Origin: Octopus vulgaris
Taxonomy: Eukaryota
Length of the DNA stretch: 64,000 nucleotides
Reading direction: 5' to 3'
Assembly (NCBI GenBank): GCA_951406725.2
Contig: OX597828.1
Location: 682,001 to 746,000 of the forward strand
Below are positions 50,640 through 62,661 of the stretch, piece after piece. Made by a program: the position numbers and the translations under genes. Below the pieces are notes generated by a model. It was given only the letters and a program-made list of their open reading frames with translations, searched no databases and was not told the DNA's origin. Positions within the stretch are counted from its first letter, which is position 1; every line of letters begins with the position of its first letter.

Positions 50640-51390
50640 AAGAGTTATATTTTTTTCATGTTAGGAAACAGATGATAATCAGATGGGGCCAAATCAGGAG
50701 AACACAGAAGGTGATCAACCAATTCTAAGCCACAACCGCGAACAGCAGCCATTGAAACCAAGGAGTTGTGTGCTGAAGCATTCACCTAATGAAACAAGAC
50801 TGCTTTTGTCAGTTTTCCTTGCATTTGGTCTTGATAGCCATTCGAAGCTGCATAGTACTCTCCATTCATGGTGTGGCTTTTTTGAAGATAGTCAATAAAC
50901 ACAATGCTCTTGCATCACCCAAAAAAAACGAGGCCATCACCTTCCTGCAGATGAAATGATCCTGCCCTTCTTTGGATCAGGTGAGGTATCCACTGCATTG
51001 ATTGTCTCTCTTTTTGTCTCTGGCTCAAAGAGATGAAACCAACACATCCTGGCTTAAGAAATCAGCTGGATCTGCCTCTAACAATGTCATATTTTCCCGT
51101 GATGTGGTCAGCCTGGTGCGTTTTTGATCAAGTGTCAGAAGACGAGGCACCCACCGATGGAAACCTTCGTCATACCAAGTTTATTGTACATCAGGATGCC
51201 AATTTTGTCCATTTAATCCAAGAGACGTTGCTAGTCACTTTTGAAGTCTTCTTTGAACTGGCAGATATCAGTTTACATGGTAACAAACGCTGCAGTGATT
51301 GATAAGTAGAGTTGAAGTTAATGCATGCAAGATTCTTCAACTCTGGAATCTTTCTTTCATTGTCAATTTATGAATTTTTCAGTCCACTCT
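50640..51390 (-). pseudogene. Mariner transposase remnant
   Basis: Minus strand ELVDHLLCSPDLAPSDYHLFPNMKK and MTKVSIGGCL (ARWVP region). Confidence 0.75.
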
Positions 51391-51459
51391 CACAGGACGG
51401 ATACGGGCCAGAATCGAAATGAAATCCGGATCCTGAAGAAGCAGATTTTCAACGCGAAA

Positions 51460-51515
<56 letters not shown>

Positions 51516-51524
51516 CTCTCTCTC

Positions 51525-51572
<48 letters not shown>

Positions 51573-51656
51573 AACACATGTGTTTGCATGTATGCCTGTA
51601 TGTATGCACGAATATGTGTAAGTGTGTGTATACACACACATACATATACATATATA

Positions 51657-52531
51657 CGTGTTCTGATCAATAAGTATCCGAACTGTCGCCATAGTAACGA
51701 AGCTAAAGCACACAGGATAAAGCCGCTTGGTTCGTATTGATCTTGAAATTTATTGTGCATGCGCACTAAGTTTTAATGTTCTAGCTCACTTCTGTTTACA
51801 GCAGTGCTTAGAAGGAAGGTGTGTAGCGTGTGATCGTCGCATTGACGATGATAGAGAAAGTTGTTATGGCGACACCTGCTCAGAGGCCTACACAGAGTTG
51901 CAGAAAGTTTATGGAGAGGAGTGTATGAGCAGCACAGAGTGGGTCAGACGTTTCCAAAATAGCCGAAAAAATGTCGATATTGATGAACGTTCTCAACCAG
52001 CAGAACTGAGAAAAAACATTGCAGATGTGGGTGCAACTGTAAGGGGAAATAGTCGAATCACCATCCGTGAGTTATCAGAGGATGTGCAGATTAGTTACGG
52101 TTCAGTTCAGCCCATTAGCACTGAAGATTTTGGTATGAGACATGCATTTGCCAAGTTTGTGCCAAAACTGCTTTCAGCTGACCAAAAGGACATTCGGGTT
52201 TCAGTTGCACAAGATCTCCTTGATTGTGTCGAGAACGATGAAAACTTTTAAAAAACTTTGCGTAGGCCTATGAGCAGGGATCGCCAAGCTTTTGGCAAAA
52301 TTCGATGCAGATTCTCTGCTCAACCTTCTCCGTCATGGTCAATGCGACGAACATACGCTACACATCTTCCTTTCAAGCACTGCTGAAAACAGCGGAAGTG
52401 AGTTATAAAAGTTAAAACTTAGTGCGCATGCACAGCAGAGTTCAAGGTCAACCGGTGCCAAACGACTTCACTCTCCGTGCTTTAGCTTCGTTGCTATAGC
52501 AACAGCACGGATACTTATTGATCGGACCACA
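51657..52531 (+). mobile_element. Internally deleted mariner with ~210-bp inverted arms
   Basis: Arms 51657-51863 / 52321-52531; TA flanks; ORF 51727-52251 is a mariner HTH (LQKVYGEECMS..RITIRELSE..AKFVPKLLS). Confidence 0.85.
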
Positions 52532-52697
52532 TACATATAAGTGTATTTTGGGTCCTGGATTTGTAGAATCATTATCAATGGTCCATAGATGTTCACATTC
52601 TCTAATCACATCTGTATCGAGGAACGGTAAATTTCCACAACCGAGCATAACTTTTCCTTCTGATTCCATACAACAATATCTGGTCTGTTGTGTTATT

Positions 52698-53558
52698 TGT
52701 ATGTATGTATGTATGTATGTATGTATGTATGTATGTATGTATTTATGCATGCATGTATGCATGCATGTATGTATGTATGTATGCATGTATGTATGTATGT
52801 ATGCATGTATGTATGCATGTATGTATGCATGTATGTATGTATGTATGTATGCATGTATGTATGCATGTATGCATGCATGTATGTATGCATGCATGTATGT
52901 ATGTATGCATGTATGTATGTATGCATGTATGTATGTATGCATGTATGTATGCATGTATGTATGTATGTATGTATGCATGCATGTATGTATGTATGTATGT
53001 ATGCATGCATGTATGTATGCATGTATGTATGCATGTATGTATGTATGCATGTATGCATGCATGTATGTATGCATGTATGTATGCATGTATGTATGTATGT
53101 ATGTATGTATGCATGCATGCATGCATGTATGTATGTATGCATGTATGTATGCATGTACGTATGTATGCATGCATGCATGCATGTATGTATGTATGTATGC
53201 ATGTATGTATGTATGTATGTATGCATGCATGCATGCATGTATGTATGTATGCATGTATGTATGTATGTATGTATGTATGTATGTATGGGTGTATGTATGC
53301 ATGCATGCATGTATGTATGTATGTATGTATGTATGTATGTATGTATGTATGTATGGGTGTGTGTATGTATGTATGCATGTATGTATGTATGTTTGCATGT
53401 ATGTATGTATGTATGTATGCATGCATGCATGCATGTATGTATGTATGCATGCATGCATGCATGTATGTATGTATGCATGCATGCATGCATGTATGTATGT
53501 ATGTATGTATGTATGTATGTATGTATGTATGTATGTATGTATGTATGTATGTATGTAT
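52698..53558. repeat. (ATGT)n/(ATGC)n array ending ~35 bp upstream of WD40 exon 4
   Basis: Direct reading. Confidence 0.95.
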
Positions 53559-53593
53559 CAATGTTTTTTCAATGTTTTCTCGCCATCCTACAG

Positions 53594-53690
53594 CTTGGTT
53601 CACCAATTCATTGCATGACCATGAACTTTCGCAGACGACAGTTACTTTGTGGTTCCAGAAATGGCATCAGAATCTACAAACTTGATGAAA
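53594..53690 (+). CDS. WD40-repeat protein, coding exon 4
   Basis: ttttctcgccatcctacag|; LGSPIHCMTMNFRRRQLLCGSRNGIRIYKLDE; donor A|gtaagt; phases 0 to 1. Confidence 0.88.
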
Positions 53691-53804
53691 GTAAGTCACA
53701 CTAAATCGTTCTTTTATTCTATGAAACACACAGTTACACGCGTGCGCGCACGCACACACACACACACAGAAATAAATATTGTAACATTGCCCTCCTCTAT
53801 ACTG

Positions 53805-53898
53805 CTTCTTCTTCTTCTTCTTCTTCTTCTTCTTCTTCTTCTTCTTCTTCTTCTTCTTCTTCTTCTTCTTCTTCTTCTTCTTCTTCTTCTTCTTCTTC
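53805..53898. repeat. (CTT)n; nearby (GAC)n ~54040, (GAT)n 54557-54608, (GTT)/(GGT)n 56005-56068
   Basis: Direct reading. Confidence 0.95.
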
Positions 53899-54556
53899 AT
53901 CGCCATGTCATCGTAGCTATCGTCTCGTCATCAACATCAGCAGCTCCAATACCACCGCCGACATCGCCACTACGATGTTGCTAATGCCGCTGGTGGTAGT
54001 TATAACAGCCATCAAGGTGATGACAATGTTACTAATGATGATGACGACGACGACGACGACGACGACGATGATGGTGGTTGATAAGTGACGTCGAAAACTA
54101 GTGATAATGTTAATAGTGGTGTTGGTGGTGGCGGAGAGAGTCAATGGTAACCATGGTTGAGGGTCAGTTTGTGGTGGCAGGTGTAAGTCTATGGTGGACA
54201 ATGGTTATGGTGGTGGTGGTGGTGGTGATTGTGGTGATGGTTACCGATTGAGCTTGTTCGTCTTGTTTAACTTGTTTCTCTTCAATATTATACGCCGAAG
54301 ACGGTGTGTGTAGCAGTTGAAGGTGGTTCGGGAATATGGGAAGAGAGGTTATCGTGAAGAAATTAGGTCTTTGAGGTAGGTGGAGGTGGCTATGGGGGGA
54401 GGAGCAGGAGGGGGGAGTTATTAAGAGAAAGTAAGCGGGCCGGATTTGGGGATTTAAGGACGTCGATGAAGTAAAAGACATTGGCAGTTGTGAGTGATGT
54501 AAGTACAAGTCTGTTTAATAAACTGCAAAATATCTCATTGATCTCGAACAGAAACA

Positions 54557-54610
<54 letters not shown>

Positions 54611-56016
54611 ATGAGGAGGAGGAGGAGGAGGGAGGAGGATAACAAAAGAATAACGATGATGATGAAGGAGAGGATTTAATGTTAAAGAGAGTAATAGAAA
54701 TAAAGAGGAAAAAGAGAAAACAGCTTTTGAAAGAAGAAAAAATGATGTATCTTTTGGCGATGAATGCGTGAATGTAAATTAAGTTCAGGATTTTGCTGTG
54801 TGATTTTACAAATCGCAGTGGGGACATTGAAGGTTTTGACTTGCCTGAGACTGGGCAAATGTATCTGTTGGTTGCACGGTATAAACCTTCGATTTTACAT
54901 TTTCTTCAAATCAAATTGTTTTGATAAATCGTGACACATTTTACGCCATGCAGATCGATCTAAGCAACGACTTTCCCAAGATGTCAAGTTGTAATGATTT
55001 TAGTGATTGCTTCAACTTATCCGTATAGTTAAGGACGGGTCTTCCTTTGCCGCGACATTCCTCCATTTGTTGGCTATACAGAGGAATTTTTGGAATGCTG
55101 TCATTTTTTCATTCGAACAACATGTCCTACCTATCTGCGCTAAATTCTCTTATATTGCCATTCTATGTAGCAGATATTGTGCAAACAGCACATGGGAAAG
55201 GTTTCAAGTTTCTTTATACGTCTGTAGTAGGGAGTCAAAGGCATCTGCAATATATAAAAATGTGCTCAAATTACAAGATTTATATACACTTATTTTAGTT
55301 TTGAGACTGACACCGTATTCAACCCACAAACGACGGGAAAGAGATAGAGAGAGAAACAGACAGAAACACAAGGCTAAAGTAAATATTTTGTTTAGTTACG
55401 TCTCTTGAGATTCCGAGTTCAAAGCCCACTTGAAGTATTGGTTTTGAACAAGACCAGAAATGGTACCGCGATACACCTGATAAAGGTTTTGATAATGAAT
55501 CTGTAAACGGCCATAGTGATGGAACACCGTTGACTAGTTGTTGTGGTTGAGAAAGAGACACATCAATGCTACAATATAAATGTAGCCATTCCAGGTGACC
55601 ATGGTAATGGGTCACAAAAGAAATTGATAAATTATTCGGAATTTCTGTTTGAAATTTCAAGTGTGGAATGTCCTAACCAAAATTTTGGCAATAGCATTTG
55701 GTACACTTGACTTGATTCCTAACCAGATAAATGTAAAGCTTAACATTATGTCGTAACAGAAATCATTGGCACGTCATGGACACACCTGCATCCCATGAAA
55801 GATTCTTTCTACCTGAGGTTGAACGACGATGGAGTACACTTCGTATATACCTCGGTAAGATCTTAAGTTGTGATAGAAGAGTGGATGATGATGATGGCGT
55901 CAACTTTGACAACGATGTTGAAGATGGTGTTAATGAGTGATGTTGAAAGTTAGTGATAGTGTTAATAATAGTGGTAGTAATGATTGTGGTCGTGGTAGTA
56001 GTAGTAGTTGTTGTCG

Positions 56017-56048
<32 letters not shown>

Positions 56049-56850
56049 GGTGGTGGTGGTGGTGGTGGAGTCGGTGGTTTTGATTTGTCGAATTAATGTT
56101 AACCATAGTCGTGGGCCGGCGTAAGTATTTGGGTGTTCCACTGCATATATTAAATTCGGTTCTGTATAGGTGACAGCAGTTTGTACTGAAAACGTACAGT
56201 GGTGTAGCTAAAGAATTCGAAATAGTTTGGATGTTTTTCTACTGTTTATTTACTGTTTCTCCACTTTTTCTCTTCCCATTCGCGCATTCCAATAATCTTT
56301 TTTGGTCAAAGATCAAACATTTTTGTAGACTTAAGTTTGGCTGTCATGTATATAAGTTGAAAAAGCTATGAGCAACCGAGATCATCCAAACAACTGGTGA
56401 AAAAAAATCCATGGGCACGTTTAAAATCTAAAAATAGCAAACAAAGCTGATTACTCCTATCAGATATGTTGATCGAATTTCTTGGATGATTTAGACAATG
56501 CAGATTGGATGTAACTGAAGATTGAAATAATGCGACATTCTTGGGTGTTGCAACTTTCTTCTGTAAGTTCGCTAATTATGACAGAAATGGAGTCACGGAA
56601 AGAGATATTGAAATGTTCTTTGTTAATTATAGATCATTAGCGAATAGAAATAGGGTACAGCATTGGCTTCCGCTATTCCAAGCATGGCCATCGCTTGCAA
56701 GCGACTATGAACTATTAGAATGACTTAATGTGTCTTGGTAGCATGTTTGCGCTAAAAGCTTCAGGCACCTATGTAGTCCCGAGGAGACAAAGACACAACG
56801 GTTTGGCTCTTACACCTTTGATTCAGGCGGATATTCAAGATGGGAGACAG

Positions 56851-56889
<39 letters not shown>

Positions 56890-57199
56890 AAGAGAAGAAA
56901 GAGAGAGAGAGAACGAGAGAAAATGAGTGAGAGACAGAGAGATACTTGTACTGGTAATCACATCAGATGATTAGACTGGAACAACAGGAATAGTGTCATG
57001 TTGAAGGACACAGCATGGCACCCACTCTAATCCCCAAGTCGCATGCCTTCAACCTGTTAGCAATAAGCTATTAATAAAGACAGAAACTGAAACCTTCCGA
57101 TTGTTATTCCAGGTTTTAACTTGCCGACTCTTGGGATATGATGAATTGTTAATGAACACAAGTGCCACTCATCGCTGGTGAACGAGTATTGTTACCTGC

Positions 57200-57420
57200 A
57201 GACATAGACACCGCTTCAACTTTCCAATCCTCAGTGGTGCGTCTTGGTTGTGATAGCTGGAGGTTGAGAGAGCTGCGCCAGCACTCAGCTGCTAACTTAT
57301 TTTTAACTGACTAGACTGGAGCGCATTGTGTAATGAAGCGTTTTTTCTTCAAGGCCCGGTCTAGGAATTTATGCCACGACATTATGATCGTAAACCGAAT
57401 ATCCTAATCACTAGGCCAAG
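57200..57420 (-). mobile_element. tRNA-derived SINE (diverged; family of 31058)
   Basis: Reverse complement begins TTGGCCTAGTGATTAGGATATTCGG. Confidence 0.6.
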
Positions 57421-57787
57421 CCCCTTCATTAATGCACGAATACTTACAAATATGAAGTTTGAATAAGCCCGTGAAAATTTAAGCAATATCAAAAAGGGGC
57501 CGAAACCAGATGTACTGTAGTTACGAGACGTGCTGTGGCATATTATCGAGAAAATACTTCTTCGTGGTCGCTTGCCCTGTTAGAAAAAGCCAAATTTCTC
57601 TCAAATCCTTCCTTATTAGCTTAAGGAAAGAAAGGACACATTAGATAATGTAATCTGAGATGCTCTAAAACACACGTTGGTCACGGCTGGAATGCTTTTG
57701 GCCATAAACATTCTCCGTGAGACCTTAACCATGTCTAAACAACAACTTCGCCACAATTTATCTATTCATGTTTTGTTGCTCCCGTAG

Positions 57788-57896
57788 ACAAAGAATGTGG
57801 TCACGTGATTGATCCGTCTGTCCTCCATATTGCTAAATACCACACTGATATCATTTGTGCAGTGGTCTGTCACGAATCTCGAATATATTCAGGAGG
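57788..57896 (+). CDS. WD40-repeat protein, coding exon 5
   Basis: ttttgttgctcccgtag|; (N)KECGHVIDPSVLHIAKYHTDIICAVVCHESRIYSG(G); donor GG|gtaaga; phases 1 to 2; no convincing next exon found in the window. Confidence 0.88.
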
Positions 57897-59581
57897 GTAA
57901 GATCATATTTTCTACTATATTTCAGAAGAAAGCCTCTTTTCCGTTTTCCTAAAACTTAAAGCAAAAAAAAAAAAAAATCTCACTCGCTGTCTTATATGTA
58001 TTATATAATTGAAAACGAAGCCATTCTAAGCAAAGAGCCTCTATGTGGTCGCTTAATTTGCGAAACATAACAGCCAAATCTCCCTCAACTTACATCTAGC
58101 CACCTTAATAGGGAAAGGTCTATTCGAGAATGTAATCCTAGATGCATAATGCTCAATGAAAAAAAGATGGGATGGTCATAACCAAAACCTCTGACCTGGG
58201 CTAAACGAAAACATGAAAAATAGATGAACAAATGCAGAACAGAAGCCGGAAATGTTTCTTAAACTCATGAATTTCTAAGCTATAGAGTTAATAAGTTTTG
58301 AAGAAGCAATCCAAAAACTGGGTACGTTTCCTCCATCATCGAGGGTTTCCTGGGAGTTCTGGTATTTGGTATTTGCCTTACCGAATGTGAGGCGAACTGA
58401 GAGAATAGGGGAGAATAAAGATAATTCCCTACAGCATTAATTCTTAGGTTGCACGCAGAACGGCGAGAATCTCATCAGTAAGACCTCTATTTATTCTTAA
58501 TACTTCGTGACCGTTGTTGCATGTTCGTCATCGAAGTAGATGCGTTCTTTTGGGGATTGTTGCTGTTCTACATGCACCCCATGAATTATTAATTGTTGAG
58601 AAGACATTAACACGCATCAGCAAATAATTTGTCAAATCTTATAAACAAAAGCTCGTGCTCTTGTGAGATCCATCGGTCCGGCTGTGAGGTAGCTTCTGAG
58701 GAAACACACAAGGTCGAAATGCCTTGATGTCTCGAAAAACTCTTACACCGGGGAACTACTGAATCGTGTGCACCATGAATACACATCAGCGGCGTTCTCC
58801 GGTGGTGAAAAACAATAACGATCAGATATTCATGTTTGGGTCTATCAGAACGTATTACAAATTAATACGTTAAACCAATAGACTTGTAAAATAAATGTTG
58901 GACTTAATTACTTAGGGAGTAAAATGTAACTCACTAAAGGAACACAAATATCTATTAGACGCTAAAACTTGGTAATCTTTCAGATCGTTGGGTAATAGCG
59001 AAATAATTAAGTAATTAGATAGGCATTAGTTTCTGCAATGAATGTTCACTAGTTCGATCAACTGAATTATCTTCCAAGTGGATCTATGCACAGGTGGTTG
59101 AGTTTTCTACAGCTCCTTGTACGTAGAACGTAAAATTTATGTAGTATCAGAGTGTACTGTTCCGTAATGGTAAGATCAACAAAAAGTACTCCATCTGGTG
59201 AGATAAATATTACTTGAGAAACATATGTTTTTATGGGCTACTAATAGTTTTATGTTCTGAGAACATGACAAATAATGTTTTATAATACGACTGACATCTC
59301 GGCACAGTCATCAGTCACAGCCTACATGATTTCTTTTTTTAGTTCGTTATGTATCGTGGCCTGTGCCTGATTACTGCGCCGAAATATCAGACGTGCTATA
59401 AAACATTATTTGGCATGCTGTCAACACATGAAATTATTAGTAGCACATAAAAACACATACTGTGTTTACTAAATACTAAATACTATATATATGTATATAT
59501 ATATTTATTTTTAACATGTTTGTGTGTTTGTATATATGTATAAACACACACATACATATATATATATATACACACACACAC

Positions 59582-59613
<32 letters not shown>

Positions 59614-59629
59614 TTATACATATATACAA

Positions 59630-59706
<77 letters not shown>

Positions 59707-59709
<3 letters not shown>

Positions 59710-59835
59710 CGAAGAGCTCCGCTCGAAACATTAGACCCTCCTTCTTTCCTTCTTTCCTGAGCGTCCAATAATACTATATTTGTTCTACGTCCTCGCGTTG
59801 TTGTGTTTTTTTGTACTTTCATGTTTGGATTAACT
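59707..59835 (+). mobile_element. Penelope pseudo-LTR remnant starting inside a hammerhead core
   Basis: TGACGAA-GAGC-tcc-GCTC-GAAA-CA-TT; downstream TTCCTGAGCGTCCAATAATAC resembles the reverse complement of 5392-5413; (TA)n flanks. Confidence 0.6.
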
Positions 59836-59890
59836 TTTTATATATATATAAAAACTTTTTATATATATATTTATATATATATATATATAT

Positions 59891-60340
59891 ATAGTTAAGG
59901 AAAGGAGTAGATAAGATCCGGACAACATATGTTTCGTAGTGAGCGGAAGCTCGGAGGTGATAAATATGCAAGCGTGTGTGTACCGCAAGCTACTCTTCAG
60001 GCCAAGGATATCTTGATTAAATAAAAGTTTACATCGTCGCAAGGAGGTACATGGAAGATTTAATCAGGTTTTCTTTTATATTTTTAGTGATTTCATTCTT
60101 TCTTCTTCTATTTTCTGGGTTGTACTTAACAACATCAACAAATTCAATCAGATTCTGATTGAATCTTCAATGTGTTAACGTGTACCTCCTTGCGACAATG
60201 TAAACTTTCCTTTAACCAAAATATCTTGGCCTGAAGAGTATCCTGCGGTATACTCTTCGCTTGGATATTTATCACTTCCGAGGTTTCGCTCGCTATGAAG
60301 TATATGTAGTCCGGATCTTGTCTACTCTATTCCTAAACTC
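59891..60340. mobile_element. MITE-like element with ~160-bp inverted arms
   Basis: Arms ~59891-60052 / ~60180-60340 (AGTAGATAAGATCCGGAC / GTCCGGATCTTGTCTACT; GCAAGGAGGTACA / TGTACCTCCTTGC); spacer recurs at ~60826-60902. Confidence 0.75.
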
Positions 60341-60588
60341 TTGAATTCTTATTTGCATTTCCGGCAACCTGGGTCACCTACCGTGAAATATAAAAAGAAC
60401 TTTTTTCAGTTTATCGTACTTCGATAAGAAGAACATCCATAACCTTCTGTCTCAATAAACTACAATTGTCCCTGAAAGTTGTTTTTTTTTATATATACTA
60501 CTTTTTGCTTGAAGCTAACTTTCTTCCTACCCCTCGATCCTTGGATCTTATATATATGTATATACATGTGTGTACACACACATATACC

Positions 60589-60656
<68 letters not shown>

Positions 60657-61112
60657 TAATTTAGTTTACCCGAGTTCTAAATAGTTTTGCACGTCTCAAA
60701 TAATCCACGTTGCAAATGCATATTTATGCATATTTAAGAAAAACAATAACTATTAAGAAAATTATTCTTTTAACTTTTAGAATATCAGAAAATTAATTTT
60801 TAATAAATACTGATTTTTTAAAATATTTTTAGTGAATTCATTCATTCGTTCCTCTATTTGCTGGGTTGTACTTAACAACATCAAAGATTCAATTAAAATT
60901 CTGTCTTGACATAAAGCATTTAACTACTAGATACCATTAAAGTACACATGTGCCCACTCCCTTTGGCACGGACACTGGTCTATAAAGTAGGAACCGGTCG
61001 ACGTGAGTTTACTGCTATAAACTCTCCCATTTTATTACAATGTCTACTAAATTTGGCAGAGGCGACCTAACTCTCAAAAGAATAGAATAGCACATGATAT
61101 CTTTCTATAGTA

Positions 61113-61307
61113 AGGCGCCGCATGCTGGCAGAAACGTTAGCACGCCGAGCGAAATGCTTAGCGGTAGTTCGTCTGTCCTTACGTTCTGAGTTCAAATTTC
61201 ATCCTTTCGGGGTCGATAAATTAGGTACCAGTTGCGTACTGGTCTCGATCTAATCGACGGTCCATCTCCCCACCAAAATCCAGGCCTTGTGCCTAGAGTA
61301 GAAAGAA
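61113..61307 (+). mobile_element. SINE (family of 49238-49447)
   Basis: GCTGGCAGAAACGTTAGCACGCCG...TTCATCCTTTCGGGGTCGATAAATTAGGTACCAG. Confidence 0.8.
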
Positions 61308-61739
61308 TATCTTCCTATAGTATTTTAGTCGATCAAATGAAGAATTGATTAGATATACATATTGCAATGCGCAATACTTGGCTCCTGTTAAGCTATTTGA
61401 AACAAGTGTAACGTAAATAAATAAATTCATAGTATTATACCTTCATTTTTTATGTTTTTCTTTTCTAATATACTCTGTAATTAATACATTAAAGTTAATT
61501 AATTTTCGACCTTGGAATTTACAAACTGGACCTGTCACAGGAAATGAAGAAATATACTATTGGTAATAACTAAACACCTTAACCGTGTTCAATTTCTTCA
61601 CACACACATATACATACACTTACACAAATACAAATACAAACACACGCGCATATATATATATGTATAAATGTATTTGAATATATGTATGTACGCACACACG
61701 CACAAATACAAACACACACACATATATATTTCATCTACC

Positions 61740-61950
61740 TTCACATGTTTTAGCTATTGGACTGCAGCGATACTAGGGCGCCACCTTGGAGGATTTAGTT
61801 GAATTGACCCCAGAACTTACTTTTTTAGCCTGGTACTTATTCTATCGGTCTCTTTTGCCTAACTCCTTGACTAAGAGGTTGTCAACAAACCAACAACAGT
61901 GGTGGGTGACAAACACAAACACACATCGATACAAAGACACAAATGCACTC
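61740..61950 (-). mobile_element. SINE 3' half (family of 31773)
   Basis: TACTTATTCTATCGGTCTCTTTTGCC, GACTGCAGCGATACTAGGGCGCCACC. Confidence 0.65.
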
Positions 61951-61989
61951 ATAGACACACACTCACACACATACTATATACATGTATAT

Positions 61990-62128
61990 ACAAGGGGGGC
62001 CTGCAAAGTTACTGTTTTTAAGGGTGTCGCGAAGGGCCTTGTTGGAGATCCAGCCTTCCGAGTTCTTGTACAGGGATTAGAAAAAGTGAATGACCGCTGC
62101 AATAAGTGCGTGAATCTGAGAGGGAAAT
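61990..62128 (+). pseudogene. Mariner-derived fragment (transposase C-terminus)
   Basis: GLEKVNDRCNKCVNLRGKY. Confidence 0.6.
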
Positions 62129-62129
62129 A

Positions 62130-62640
62130 TCTATATATATAAAACTCAACTTGTGTGTCTGTGTGTGTATCTGTGTGTGTGTGTGTGTGTGTTTAACTTC
62201 CCGGCACATCTCCTCCTAGCCAACAAATCGTAGAACCATAAAAAATGGGTCACTTAAAGTTTAGGCGAATGAAAATTGAACTGCGCTATTTCTGTTCCGA
62301 AATTCATCTCGCAAGTGCAAAGATCGATAATGTGTTTGTTTAGGCCTTATTCCATGCATTGAATAGTGAACTTTACTCAGTCAGCTGTTTGACGTGAACT
62401 GTGTTCACCACGCGTGCAAGCATGCGTAAATTGCATGAAAAATAAAAAATCAAGATATAAAAACGAATCGCCGTAAACATTGTAGAAATTCGGCAAAGAA
62501 ATTTTGAGGACGTCGGTTGTTATTATTTGAACGCGCGTGAAATTGTAAGTTGAAAAAATTGTTGTTGTTGAATTTGTTGTACGTTTGTTGATACGGTTTC
62601 TTGTTATACTGTTTCTGTCCGGGCGGCCGTTGTCTGTCTG
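62130..62640 (+). mobile_element. 5' part of a non-autonomous Helitron-type element
   Basis: A|TCTATATATATAAAACTCAACTTGTGTGTCTG resembles the 5' ends at 4381, 18966 and 21063; 3' end not seen. Confidence 0.5.
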
Positions 62641-62661
62641 TGTTGAGACAGACAAAAGGAT

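Noticed and set aside
58698-58730. Hammerhead-like CTGAGGA...GAAA
   Set aside because: Stem II is only 2 bp, with no stem III/UH or stem I
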